Of a DNA stretch of 64,000 bases, positions 50,698-64,000 are shown one piece after another. Numbering within the stretch: the stretch's first letter is position 1; the number at the start of each line of letters is the position of its first letter. The notes below the pieces were generated by a model. That model was given only the letters and a program-made list of their open reading frames with translations. It was not told the origin of the DNA and made no database searches. Location: contig JAQGDQ010000575.1 in the NCBI GenBank assembly GCA_030141605.1, positions 1 through 64,000 of the forward strand, written 5' to 3'. The stretch comes from Tubiluchus corallicola. Lineage: Eukaryota; Animalia; Priapulida. The position numbers and the translations under genes are program-made.

Positions 50698-51170
50698 ATG
50701 AAGGGAAATGTCTAGGACAGTGATGGTAGAGACGATAAAGACATGGGCAGCAACGTCGCCCTTTTGCATCAGAAGCAAAAATTTAATACGAAACTTTTGA
50801 TACTGTAGCTACTTTGTCAAAAAACCATCTTTATCAATCATTGCAGCTCTTTCTACTGCTCAGCATTTTGGCACAAGTATTACATGTATAATCTTAAAAA
50901 TTTGTAAGTCTCGTATAACAAAGGTATACGTATGTTATTTAGCCAATCATATGATTGTTCATGTAGAAGTATATGCGTGAATCTTGACATACAATATTTT
51001 GATATTTTATTACTTAGAAGTAGAGTCTTAATTTCTACCAATGCTTTTGTACGTAGTATAGTATATTTTATTTTATTTTGTTCAAAAAAAACAACAACAA
51101 ATTGTTAAATCTACTATTTGTAAATTTTATGTAAATAACATTTAATTGTGTCATTGTAATTTTTTGTAAT

Positions 51171-51340
51171 TATTGTATTCTATACTAACTGCTATTGTAT
51201 TATATGGTATTCTATACTAACTGCTATTGTATTGTATTATATGGTATTATATACTAACTGCTATTGTATTGTATTATATGGTATTCTATACTAACTGCTA
51301 TTGTATTGTATTATATGGTATTATATACTAACTGTTATTA
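51171..51340. repeat. 37-bp minisatellite (CTATACTAACTGCTATTGTATTGTATTATATGGTATT)
   Basis: About 4.5 tandem copies. Confidence 0.9.
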
Positions 51341-52704
51341 TATGAGCAGTGCTTGCAATAAAAAGCTTTACTTCACTTTACTTACATATGCAATAGTATT
51401 AAGCAACGTTTAAGTTCTAAGTTTTACTTCTTTTGGCAACTAAAGTGACATATCATTCAGAGAACAAAATATTTTAATGGACGAATCAGTGAATGCACTT
51501 ATGATTGAACGAATGAATGAACAGACGAACAAACAAGTGGTGTTGGTTTTGATCTTTTCACTAATGGGCAACGCGTGTGACACAGTAAAAGTGAGATTAA
51601 CTGCTTCAAGTGGCGTTTATAATCAGATACACGTGTATTACATAATTCTTCTCATGCGTTCCTGTCTCTTAATCACGGATATCTGCGTAGTCAAGAGTCC
51701 CGTGGAGACAAAAATATGAAATGACAGACGCTTTGTAATGTATGTACGTGAATTAGCACACAAATGAAGGAATGCATGAACGAACGAACGAACGAACAAA
51801 CGGCCGACCGACCGACCAACCGACGACTGAACAAACGAACGAACGAATAAAGGAAGGAAGGAACGAATGGATGAATAAAAAAGAACGAAAATCTAGTTAA
51901 TAAGTAATTGCATAAAAAATAATGAATAATCACAATTCTTGAAAGACAGAGAAGTATTTACAGCACCTACAAAACTTACTAAATAAACTGCAAAGAAAAA
52001 ATCATCTTGAAAGCAGCTGTTTTCGTCTTTATCACTAAGTTTAGAATGTAGGTAATACAAACTCAAGTTCTTAATGGCCAGGGTCTCGTATTATCTGTGC
52101 ACAATCAGGATAACCTACATCGCATTTCCGTTAACCTGGAGATCGAATTTACACTTACCTGGACAAAAGCGTAACCGGATTCATTTCAACATGGATAATT
52201 CCAGACCAGGATAAAATAATGGTGGGGTTTAAATTCTATAAACAATATCAGATTAGAATCATTTCTGATTGGATATTTTTGTTCTATTTTCATTGGTCGT
52301 ACTCCAGTTTTATGATAGATTATTGTCTACTAAAGAAAGCAACGATTTTCGGCCGGATTTCCGATTCAAACATCACGATCATGTATAGTAATCTATATGT
52401 TTAATTGACAAACATAGGCCAGTACGTAATTTGACAACGGTATGTAAACTTGGATATAGGGCCGCACAGGTAGATACGCTGTCATAAAGGAAATTTGAAC
52501 TAATTTTGATAGGAAATGTCTCCCGGTATAGACACTGTAAGATAAGATTATTATGACTGTAAATAAATTCATTCTATATAGTATAAAATGTATAGTATAG
52601 TAGTATGTAGTTTGCATAGTATATGACTATGTAAAGTACCTTTGTACATACATATAGCAGACCTGTATTACGTGTGTTGGGTATGTTATGCATACGTAGC
52701 TTAA

Positions 52705-53230
52705 AGGACAAGAAAAAGGGGCACCTGAAGTAGGTTTCAGAAAAATCGCCTTAAAAAATTATACTACTTTTTATGAGTATATCGTACTCGCATTGGAAGG
52801 ATTTTTTGTTTGTTTTCATTTTAAATTTCCTGCAATACTGTTCTGATGGCGCCATTATATGACATCAGTACGCACAAGGTAATCCAGGGGAAGGAAGGGC
52901 AATGTTAAACTATGTCCCAAAAACTTTCCGTGCAAATCTATATTACTTAACATTTTGCTTACCTGCTGGAAAGACTTATGTAACTAGAAATAATTTAAAA
53001 TGTTCGTGCCAACTGGTAAAATGTCACTGGCTCACCCGAGTTATCTAAACTTGTTTCAAACGACCTACCATCAAAATGTCTGCATCTAACGGTTATCGCG
53101 GGAGTTTATATTTACAAGTTTTAAACAGCGTTACTGCCGACGCAAGCCCCACACGCAAAAAGGCATTATATAAGTAGTATAACATTTCAAGACGAATTTT
53201 TTTGTGCTTTATGGGGGCTTTTCTTGTGGT
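52705..53230 (-). mobile_element. Kolobok-like family A element with both termini
   Basis: TTAA|AGGACAAGAAAA ... TTTTCTTGTGGT|TTAA; inverted relative to the 12961 and 20815 copies. Confidence 0.75.
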
Positions 53231-53475
53231 TTAAAGTTTAAAAATAGGCAAAGTCTGTTTGTTCAATAGTTTGTAAACCCGGAAGGGAATGGCACGTAAT
53301 AATCCACATGGATTTGTAATTGAACGATCCTGGGTTCGAATACTAGTTTAACAAAATTCTTTAGAATTTCTGACACGTATCCGGCGTTACTTTGTAATTA
53401 GCATAATTATGAATTTTTATTTTGTGCACCTCGGTAACTGTGGTGTCGTTTTAAAAAATCAAAAAGCAGATTTTT

Positions 53476-53698
53476 GTCGAAAAAGAGAAGAAATTAGACA
53501 GTTTATGTTGAACATCGCAACATCGTAACACACGTATACACGATGTTCACGACACATAAATACATGAATTGGTTTTATAAATTAGAAGTCACTATAAACA
53601 ATGAAGAAAACTAAACTTTTTTCTTTGAAACCTAATTCGATGGTTAATGTGCCCACTGGAGGGGTTTGGTTGTCTAACAACTGTAAATGAGTCTTTTG
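53476..53698 (+). repeat. ~220-bp direct repeat, copy 2
   Basis: Matches 50478-50697. Confidence 0.9.
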
Positions 53699-53699
53699 T

Positions 53700-54510
53700 A
53701 GGTTCTTCGTCTTTCCACGTGAAGATATTTCACAGTCGTGATTGAAACATCGTGTCTTTTGTCTTCTTTAATTGTGGGATTATTCCATGGAGATTTCCAT
53801 TATTTGTTCAAGTCCTCGTCCGTATTAAAATAGCTTACTGTAGTTGGAACGACAAAAATTCGAATATAAAGACATTTCTAGAAAATTAGAAGCCCAGTGT
53901 TTAATTTGCTTCAGGACGTGGGGCCATCCATTGTTGTCCTTTTTGAAGGAAGTGAGGCTGTCTTTAAAGTGGAAAAAACTTATTTCTGATGAAAAATTCC
54001 ATAGATAAAAGCCCGAGGAAAAACTGGATTTATAAGCGACTTTCCCTGCGACTCCAATTTCCTTTTGTGAATCTGTGGGATTTTTAACCAGGAAAAATAG
54101 ATCAAAGTTTGAGTTTCGATGTTCCATGTATAAAATTTCGAATATATAGTTTTGAAGTTTTGAATATTCGTATGTCGAGCACTTAATCCCAAAAAAGTGT
54201 AAAACAAACATTATTATACTATGAACAATCAAGGCTATCACATCGCAAAAATGTCACGGAGGTTTATGAATATTCTTGATAATTCTCATGCGCACGCGCA
54301 AGTTCAAACATCAACATTTTTTTGTCAAATCGTATAAGATTGGCTCTATAATGTACAACTCCCTTTTACATAAATGCGGGCGCTTTAATTCTCGGTTCTC
54401 TGCGTTTTTCTCTCCACACAGATTTCTGCGTTTTTCCCACACAAAACGCGGTCCTCTCCAATCTGAATCCCACACGCGAACAGGCAGAAAAATCCACACA
54501 AGAATCCGCC
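53700..54510 (-). mobile_element. Possible decayed PIF/Harbinger transposon (terminus plus transposase remnant)
   Basis: The minus strand begins TAA|GGCGGATTC with repeated TGTGTGG motifs. Its frames give FGIKCST..FEIL..PTD..LWNF and a frameshifted MDG(x)HV, resembling Harbinger FGIxxST..WNFP..GAIDGKHI. Confidence 0.4.
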
Positions 54511-56088
54511 TTAGGTAATATTTAATTACACTTGCTTGGGCGGTTTAAATACTCTGACTCAGTTTTGTGTCCATTCAGTTGTCACAACTGTGTTGCTGTG
54601 TTAGAATATTAATGAGGTACTTGAATTATCTGTTGAAAATGTCCGTCTTGTACACTGACTCTCTCTTTAGGGTATATAGTTAAGGGTGCCTGTAAGGTAA
54701 AAATTAACAAGCTGCTTGAACCATCTTGAAATGCTTAGCGGTACAAATCACATTTAATACTTATGCACTTTGTACGCCTGTGATAGCTTTATCATTAGCA
54801 AAATCTACTTTGCGCAATAATTACATTTCAGAAAGAATAAATTAGCGATTATAATTGTCTTAAAATGAAGGATTTCATTACTGAGTGAAGAAATGAAGAT
54901 ATTCTAACATTACTGATTACTGTTGTGTTATTCAATATTTATATTATAAAATTTTACGTTTTTACGCACTGTTCGTCTGTCTGGAAGCCGGAATTTAACA
55001 CTCATATTAAAGCCTACTAATACTAAAGGATGTGGCAGGACCGAACTCTAATTACCAAAGACAGTTCTCTTAGACGAAACGTTTGACCGAAAGAATGAAC
55101 TATGTCACATTCGGTCAAGATGGTTCGACAGTCGATACATCTTAGCCATACTTGGATATGTATGCGTCTTCTTTCAACGAGACGACGAAAGAAATTACGG
55201 AAAGTATGCTGACGGTGACCTATCCATTTCTAATGAGACCCACCAATGCTCAACTGCGTAGTTATGCACATGCTGTGCTCACTCAGCTATTTTTCCTCGA
55301 CTCTGAAGGGATGCGAATTTACATTCTCACACATTTCTCACCTTGTCAGAATTCAGTGTGCCAACGTTCACATCAGCAGCGATCGAAGTAGCTTACATAA
55401 TTAATCAGTTTATTAATTAGTTGATGAAAAGTAAGCATTTAAGCATAGAAGAATTTATTTAAAAACGTTCATCGTTTAGAATTATTAATTAGTTAATCAT
55501 TAATTTACCGACTTTAATGGTATTTCCGAGTCTACAGCGTTAAATTTTCTTATTTTTCTGCTTTGGATTATAATATCGTAAAAGTGGAAATAAAATTGTA
55601 GTAACAGATTCTGTATATTTTTTAGCTTTCCGGAATCTATTTCTGGCAGACTAAGCCACTTTACAAGTCACATTCCAGCTCGTCTTTTCCCAATACCTGC
55701 TAACAATAACACGTAATGGTCCCTCTTTGAGAAAACATGCAGGTATAATGGGAAAACAGGCAAAGAAAACTGAAATATTTCAACAATTTATGCAATCCGC
55801 TTAGAGTATTATGAAAGTCGTTGAGAACAACTGCTGATACATGGAATGCGCTCTACCTGCTTGCGAGTTATACCTGTACGCGTACCTGGAAGAATGCTAG
55901 CTTGTTTATAAAGCATTGTTCAGTGAAAAATGGGAAGATGAGGACAGTCTCCTGACGTCTGTCCTAGCTGTGTCTCTCGAGAATGGAAGGAATGTTAATC
56001 ATGCGGAGGCTATTGTTGGTAACTCATCAACTGTGAGTAATCTTTCAGTGGAGCTACTGGCATATGCACACTGATTTATCCTTCTTAA

Positions 56089-56658
56089 AGGAAGACAGGA
56101 TGATTTTTCATATACGACCCCATTTTCAAATCCGCTAAAACGTATACATTTTAACATAATTAATACTGCAAAAGCGGTTCTGATAATTAAATTATAGATT
56201 AAAAACTTAATTAACAGCCGGGTGCCCAACTATTGATGACATCACAAACTAACATAATTTCCAATAGTAAAAATATTCCACTAGCGTGTTGCACGTGTTT
56301 GCCAAAGCGAAAATTGAAGTACAGTGCTACTGTAAGATATTCAGTGTGTTGTACTAAAACTAAGCAAATTTTAAAATAAAATACAAATTTCAAATTAACC
56401 CGCTATGCTCCCACACGAGCTGTCGAACGTGTGTAGTTCGTCACAGAGGTACAGCACCTGTTTTCGTTCAACGCTTTCCGCAATGCAGGCACTAGTGCCC
56501 GTCTAACTAGCGAATGCCGATATGCATGTAACAGTGAAGAACTAGTGGCGCGAATGCGAAATTGCGTTTGTGTGGTAATAATTCTTTCACGTAATTTTTG
56601 AAAAAAAATAGCATGTTTCCTTTCATTATTTTAAAAAGTAGATTGGGTCCGGTTTGGT
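56089..56658 (+). mobile_element. Kolobok-like family B element
   Basis: TTAA|AGGAAGACAGGA ... TCCGGTTTGGT|TTAA; matches 17848-18455. Confidence 0.8.
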
Positions 56659-57570
56659 TTAAAAGAGATTCTATGGCTTATATACAGCAAAACAGATTTT
56701 GTGAAGACAGAATGACCATGTTAGCAATCATACCTATAAGGGCAAATATGTAGATAGAAAAACAATCGTCTAAATCAACAATTCGCTTAGGCTTACAAAC
56801 TGTCAGCTTGGTAACCTGACAGCATTATTTTTTCTATTCATTACCCAGGTGTCTTAATATCAATAATTGAAGTTTATATGATCGGCAGCTGTGAAAAAAA
56901 CCGGAAAATATGATGTCGTTGTGCAACACTTATAGTGATAATGTCTACCGCGTTGTAATTTATAAATGATCTATCAAAATCACAAGTGCAAGTACCGCAC
57001 ATCTTCCGTTTGATATTTCCTGGTAATCTAATAGAAAGTGGCTTCGTCCATTGTTAGTTACAGACTTGGATAACTATTTATCATATTTCAGAAATTTCAT
57101 TTCCAGACGTAACTAAACTTGCAAGTAAATTGCTTTGTCTCTTTCTTGGCCTAGGTCTTGATTTGTTTTTCGCTAAACGACACACCGAAATCAACTTCTC
57201 GGATGACACGTTTCTATAATACTGGCAAATTTTAACAAGTTAACGATAAAAACAAAAAAATTATCACAGCATGGCAAAACATTGTAAGACAAGATGTAAA
57301 TTTATTCTGCACAATAATTACATTTAACACATACATTATCTCTATTAATAATGTCAACAATTAAACGTTGTTACGTATTTAATGCAAACTAATTATTTTA
57401 ACCATCACGTGGCTTTGATACAAATATAATTTAGGCAACAAACTCGCAAAATATACCTACAATGTGTTTCTCAAATTATAGAAATATTTATAATAAAATT
57501 CATTTGTGTCTATCGGACTAAAATAAAAAAAATGAGAACAGCAATATGGCGGCTCTTCCTCGTATGATGT

Positions 57571-57724
57571 TAACTCTGTTTACAGAATGTTGAACCATTT
57601 ACTGTTGAATTCACCTACATTGTTCAGAAATTACTAAATGAACATACTAACTCTGTTTACAGAATGTTGAACCATTTACTGTTGAATTCATCTACATTGT
57701 TCAGAAATTACTAAATGAACACAT
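57571..57724. repeat. 77-bp tandem duplication in the probable KLF5 3-prime UTR
   Basis: TAACTCTGTTTACAGAATGTTGAACC.. at 57571 and 57648, nearly identical. Confidence 0.9.
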
Positions 57725-60011
57725 GTAAAAGAACGACCCTAGAATACACCATTAGTTTCTGTCCACATCTATTCTAATTTCTACGTTTACATGTAATAAT
57801 AAGCTATCTACGGACAAAATTAAAGGACCGTTCACACATTTCACTATTATACTTTATAACCTCAGAAATCGTAATAAAACGGCTGGTGTAAAATGTCATA
57901 TATCGAAATATTAATTCACTATTAATGCCTTTCAGGTTAAACCTTATATAAGTAGGCCTACAAAAGTATAAAACTGGTCCCATATAAAAGGCTGCGACGT
58001 TTAGCGAAACATCTTTCCAATAAACAATGTAATTACAAATGCGCATGCGTGGTTGAATTAATTTTACACTAATAACTAAGTAACTATTTTGTATAGTTTC
58101 TTGCATCGTTACATTAATAAAAATGGACTGATCTTTTAGTCAAACTGAAAGAATGTTTGTTTGTTAAACTTGTTGTACAAAGTAAACGGATATTTGCTGA
58201 TAATCATGCGTTCATATTTATAATTACAATATTATTTACAAATTCATATAATTACACATTTTTACACAATTTTTGATTCACGCTCATAAAGCTATAGATG
58301 AATGAATGATCCTACTTTGGCATAGCATTATTTACAAAATTTATGAAAAGAAGAACTATTTCTTAGTACCGTTAGTATTGTCATTAATCTAGGCTAAACT
58401 AAAACATCCCATTTCAATTAATGTCAAATTGTTAACTAGTTCCAAATAGAAGCTGGTAAGTAGAAAAAAACTCTATACAGACGCTACATTTCTTGCGTTG
58501 TACTGTGCAGTGCGAGTATAGGCCTGCTTTATTCAACGCCAGAGAGATCTGTTACATAGGCCTACGCTCCAATTCATGTGCGTAATTACTGTCAATACTA
58601 AGTTTAATTAAAAACAATTCATTTATCTACGTGTTAATTAAGCCACACAATACACTATGTTTAATAATTAATTGAATTTACAATGAACATGTAATCAAAC
58701 GTTAAATAAGAGACACTTTTATTTATTATTTACACGTTAAAATTCATTTATTTACATGCTTAAAATGCGACATACGTATGCAATGTTAAATAAGTGATAT
58801 GTCTTATTATATAAAATGTTTTCTATTCTACTGTGTGAACGCAAACATATATAAGGCACTTAAGGTGACTGCCAAAATAAGTTTCTGCTAACTAAGTACA
58901 TAAAATACTTAGGAATGTGGACTTTATTGTTCTGCTCCATTAAAATACCCCTTAACAGTTTCTATAGTAGAAAACAGCGAAATTTGATACTGTATGCCAT
59001 ACATAGAGAGAAGGTATCTGGTTCATTTTCAAGGATAACTCCCTCCTAAGTTGAGCCAGAAGTCTCAACCATGTTCGGACAGCATACATCTTCATTTAGC
59101 GAAGTAAACAGCCAGAATCAGTTGGTGATTGAAACCTCCCAGAATGAGTATCGAACTCCCGGCCTCTACAAACCATTCACTGGCCAGTTCAGTGTTGCTT
59201 AACTTCCATAGCAAAGTATATGCCAGGACCACACGGCTGTTCGGCACGCCTCAGTGTGTACAAGATATATGAAGACAGATTACGTACTTTGTAAGACATG
59301 GTTTCAAAAAACCTAATTGAATTGAATACGTACTAAAATCTACATGATCAAGAAATAACTGTATGGACTATCAGGGTGGCAGCAAAGATCACAATGTTTG
59401 AACGAAAGCAAATGTGAAATGGTGATACGTACATTATGAATAAATAAACAATGGTATATGACTGTGGACAGGTTTATTTACAAATGAAAAACTATAAAAA
59501 CAATATTATTACAATTATATACAACCCCTATACACATGTCTATGCTTTCCCAATAGTGGAAAATAAAAGAGATCTTATAATAACTTACCTGTAATAATTT
59601 TGTGGTGGCACAAAGGTTTTAGTGATGCTTATAAACCATGAACACGAGAAGTTGATGTAAACCATGTCAAAGTTTATTATAATTGAATCAAAAATTTCCT
59701 CCCATAAGTGAATCAATGAGTACTTCTCCAACTGACTGGACTAAATTTGCTTTTCGTAACACAGAGTAGCAGGTAAGAATTTTGTTATTTGAAGTTTACG
59801 ACAATGCTGATTGACTTTTAGGCCCAAGAAAACTGTTGGTTTCATAATAAACTTAGACGTGGATTATTTCTCATGTTTCTGTTTTTAAAGCATTGATAGT
59901 TTAGTAAACCAGAACATTATAATCCCAGGTGTTTAAAGAGTTGGTGGGAGGGCTTGTCACATCCGTGCATTGACTTTGGTAGTAGGGTGAGTCCTGCTTC
60001 ACATGGCCTAG

Positions 60012-61876
60012 TCATAACGTCTTACTTCCTTTCGGTTGATGTCTCTTGGCGTGAAGTGCTAAGTGGTCAGAGCGAGCGAAACTGCGGTCACAGTGTTTAC
60101 ACCGGAAGGGTTTAGCTCCTGTGTGCTTCCGTAGGTGCCGGGTCAGCTCGTCCGACCGGGCAAATCGCCACATACAATTCGGCCAGGAACATTGATAGGG
60201 TTTTTCACCTGGAAGGTAAATAAGAGGTGTTGTCAAATTCGGCACAAACAGGTTATTTGTTTTTCTCAAAGCAACTCCTATAAAATAACAGATTTTTCTA
60301 TTTAGACTGTGAGTAATTTGGTGTTATGCAACAAGTCTGAAGCAAATGTAGCTTAAAACATTGAAGACCAGATACAATGCTGTAATCAAAAGAAAATGTT
60401 TGCAATTCTGATAATTCCTGACAAGAAAGAAAAGAAAGAAAAGAATGGAGAGAAAGAAAGAAAGAGAAAAGGGGTGGGGGGGAGAGAGGGTGTGGAAGAG
60501 AAGGGAGAGAGAGAGGGTGTGGGAGAGAAGGGGAGAGAGAGAGGGAAGGGAGAGAAAGAGAGAGAGAGAGAGAAAGAGTGAGAGTGAGAGAGAGAGAGAG
60601 GCGAGCAAGGAAAAGAAATACGGGGAGAGACAAGGGAGACAAGGGAGAAAGAGACAGAAAAAGAAAGAGGTAGTGAAAGAGAGGGAGAGAGGTGAAGAAA
60701 GAGACAGAGGAGGGAAACCTTACAAGGTATTCTAAATGTGTGATTATGTCATCTAAGAAGACAGTACATCCTCCGCTTTGATGAAGCCAAATGGCTTGTC
60801 GTCTCTTCTACATTTTTTTTATCTGATTTCATATCAAAGTAATCGAAAAATTAACAACAATAACAACAAGATTAACAACTTCACTAACCTGTGTGGATTC
60901 TTTGGTGCGCTTTGAGATGTGAGCTCTTCGTGTAAGCCTTCCTACAATCCTGGAAGTCACAGAAGTGGATCCGTCGCTTTTCCAGCTCAGGATTGTTGCG
61001 GCGGTTGTACCGGATTGTCGTGCACTCCCGCAGACGTTCCTCAAGTGTCTTTTCCACCTTAACGCAGGAATCTGTTGTGTTAGGCAAAAGAGTACAAGAA
61101 GTGGTTGCCACTGGATAAGGAGGTGGAGGGGTCTTGCGACTAGGAAGCGCCACGGAGAGCTCAGGACTGTTTGGCTGTGATTCTGGCGGAGTGAGAGGAT
61201 AGGAGGGTGGTAACAACAGTCCACTCAGACTGTAGTCTACATAAGGCGACTCTGATTTTATTTTACCATTGAAAAGACATTCAGCAGATGGAAGCTGATA
61301 AGGATAGCCGATGGTCGGTATGTGAAGCACAGGGGATGGCGGTGGCAAATGGACGTCATTCAATATTGGTCCTTCCTTATAAGGGCACAGTTTAAAATCT
61401 GCCAGGTCAACAACAGGATGAACGTTAAACGCACAAGAAGTGTTCGAAGAGTTAAGACCACAGGATACGTTGCCACTGCAAGACGAGACGTTTTCGTCTG
61501 GTTCGGTTTTCACCTGCACTGGTTTATTAACATTAACACTATCATCGTCTTCGGTCACACATTTTTCTACGGCATTAACAGCTTCGGTGGACTGACGTAT
61601 CAGTTCCCACACATTAATATCACTAATATTATCAGAGTCTATCATGTCATCACCTTCTGCTTTGATGAGCGCAGGTGCTTTTAATACATTCGTGCGAGTT
61701 CTGAGGGCATCAGTACCCTTTAGTCCAGAGAAATCGCTGGATCGTACCCCCTTACCCTGATCTGGTTGATCACCAAAGAATTCGTCCACAAAAGATGCAC
61801 TCTCTCTGCGTCCTGTACCCTTAGATGGATCAAGTGTGTTTGAGTTAGATAAGTATCCTTCTAGTTCTTTTGTGTC
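60012..61876 (-). CDS. KLF5: Kruppel-like factor 5 orthologue, last two coding exons (first exon not identified, probably beyond the right edge)
   Basis: Exon 61876-60889 starts [21 protein letters not shown] (human KLF5 EMEKYL..RRDSASVVDQFF), contains PPSY/TPPES/PPPPY and ends [31 protein letters not shown]. Exon 60208-60012 encodes zinc fingers 2-3 ([18 protein letters not shown]). The intron is GT-AG, phase 1. Confidence 0.93.
60420..60715. repeat. Polypurine (GA-rich) tract in the last KLF5 intron
   Basis: About 300 nt made almost entirely of A and G on the plus strand. Confidence 0.9.
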
Positions 61877-63067
61877 CTGTAAAAGAGCAAAGTGGCATAA
61901 GTAAATGGCCCAAAAAAATTCCGCGCTGCCTACTGCCTAGGCTGATTTTGCGAACATTAGCCGCCTGTTGAATTTCTGCTTGAGTGCGGCTCGTGAAAAA
62001 TGCACAAAAGTCTCACGGGGATGAAGAAAATGCACAACTAACAGTGAAATTAAGAGAAGTTTTTAACACAAAAGACTAAAGGCATGGTATCCATCGGGCG
62101 TAAAGGGCATGATGTGTATCTCTGGTAATTTTATGCACAGCATGTGTGGCGAAGTCAGCGTTATAGATGACGATATGCGTAAAGCCAAGGCCAACCTCAA
62201 TCGCGCGTTTACAGTAAGAGATTTACATGGGCGAACTTGACTTTTACTTCTAAAAACAAAAGCCCTGTTTAGAATGAGATTTAGGGATGCTAGGCTGGGT
62301 AAGAAAAGCGGCGAGTTAGCAGCTAGTTAAGGAATTACACGCCGAAATGGCACGTGAATAAAGGGCTGAATTTTGCCGAACAAGCGTCGCTGAAATAATC
62401 GCTTGTGAATCGGGGGATCAGAACGCCCATTTCGGCTTGTTTAGCTCGCGGCCTGTTGACTTTGGGATATCGTATTTTGCATTATTATGAATCAAGGTCA
62501 GAAGAGTTGAGTCGACTAATCCTCAGCTAGCAGGAACATTTTTAAACTCTTTAGTTCCTCGTTTTGAAATGAAAACGCAACACCAACGAACAGGAAATTT
62601 TACAACAACAGGATTTTACACAAGTAGCTACGCAAACACATTATTGTCTAAAAGCTTATAAAAGTTGCCCTTTTTTCTACAGACAATGCAGATCTGACAC
62701 TGTATGTGTTGCTAGGGTAAACAATCTGCGCCCTGTGACGTCATCAAGCGTTAAAATTTTATATCATTATAGCAGAAACGCATTTTACACTTTATCTGCC
62801 GGCTACCGGCTACCGGGTACGGTACCTAAATAGCATCATTACAATATTCTGCCAATTCCATCTTCATTAATATTTTTTTGATATCACATTGTTAGTTTTA
62901 TGCTTCAAGTGATACGTAAAATTAAGGAAGTAACAATGACATGATAGTTCCTTATGGTTCGTCTTATTTCCAGAAAGGAGTTTTGATAAAGCTGTTTAGT
63001 AGTAGTGGTTCCGTTCGTCAGTAAGTCACGCACAAATTAGGCTATGGTTATAGTGAAGGTCACTATC

Positions 63068-63100
<33 letters not shown>

Positions 63101-64000
63101 TCACCTTTTTGCACGGAGAAAGCGCCAAATCAGTGTAAAAAGGGGCATTTAATTTTGAATAAAAACACACTTGCTTTAAATTACCACTTTTTGCAGCTGT
63201 GACGGTAATTAATGGACAGGTGTTTCACAGAAATCTCTCAGTGGAATTAGTGCCATGACTCATTACATCAAGAACTAGAAAAAATAGAATATTATATCAG
63301 AAAAAGTAAAAAAAAGTATTAAAACCCATATTTACGTAGACTAGTGATAATTGTTTTAGTTTAGCAGGTCTGTCACTTCTTACCTGTAATTTGATACCTC
63401 ACGCATAAACATCCACTAGTAAATATGAGTCACAGGCTGTGGTAGTCTGATATTACTCAGTTCAACTACAAACCTTTAGCTAAAAAATCTGCATATCGTT
63501 GTCTTGCACATTGTTCATTACTCAGCTATTATTTCGTTCTTTAGATCACCGTGTTTAATGATAAGGCAACCGGGCAGGTAACTAAACATCAAACAATACC
63601 GCCAACAGGTAAAGCTCGTCAGTTTTCTAGTGCACCAAGTGAACATATTTGAATAAAGTTTTTCCAAACGGAGAGAAGTTTGCTATTGATGTTTGAGTGG
63701 TGTAGGATTTGTTTGTATATCCGCGCCGGTTTCGAGTTTGAAATTACCTTTACTGACGTGCACCCCCCTAAAATAACTTCAGTTTTTCTCATCATGGGGT
63801 AATAACAATTAAAGGAAAACATTACACAAATCTAAACCATAATACAAAATTATCTACGGTTCCACAGTATACGATAATTATGATATCATATGATTTGACG
63901 TGATGAGATTTGTGATATGATATGATATGATATTATGTGATGTGATGTCATAAAAATACTCTGTAAGCTCATATATGTGGTGAGTGGTCTAAAGCAATGA

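Noticed and set aside
53890-54005. Plus-frame CFRTWGHP..VR..KKLI resembling the Mononegavirales L-protein FRxWGHP motif (possible endogenous viral element)
   Set aside because: The frame is bounded by stops, the spacing after GHP is short, and no other L motifs are visible. The opposite strand is better explained as a Harbinger-like transposase remnant. A blastx search would settle it.
54040-54130. NSNFDLFFLVKNPTD resembling the Polinton packaging-ATPase LFKNPRD motif
   Set aside because: No Walker A/B motifs or other Polinton genes or termini nearby.
55905-56073. EDEDSLLTSVLAVSLE, a UIM-like peptide
   Set aside because: Short frame between stops with no exon structure; chance or transposon debris.

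Overview
AT-rich, intron-containing DNA from a bilaterian animal, probably an invertebrate; the species cannot be determined from sequence alone. By splicing GT-AG exons by hand I recover five protein-coding genes: (1) the first coding exon of ILK (minus strand, running off the left edge), head-to-head with (2) a complete 7-exon RRP8/nucleomethylin (+); (3) a complete VAMP7 with 7 coding exons (-), head-to-head with (4) a complete 8-exon UCH-L1/L3-type deubiquitinase (+); and (5) the last two coding exons of a KLF5 orthologue (-). Introns and the ~20 kb gap between UCH and KLF5 hold MITEs (Tigger/pogo-, hAT- and Kolobok-like), Helitron/HINE-like elements, LINE and SINE remnants, minisatellites and very long microsatellites. 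Most notable: a candidate alternative last exon of VAMP7 that swaps the second half of the transmembrane helix and ends in the same GKG-stop as the canonical exon; an intronless, disabled Spire FYVE-like fragment lying antisense next to a UCH splice donor; the ILK-RRP8 head-to-head pair seen also in human; a 12-nt UCH microexon; CTCF-like motifs; and an inverted-triplication scar. All homology calls are from recalled family motifs, not database searches.
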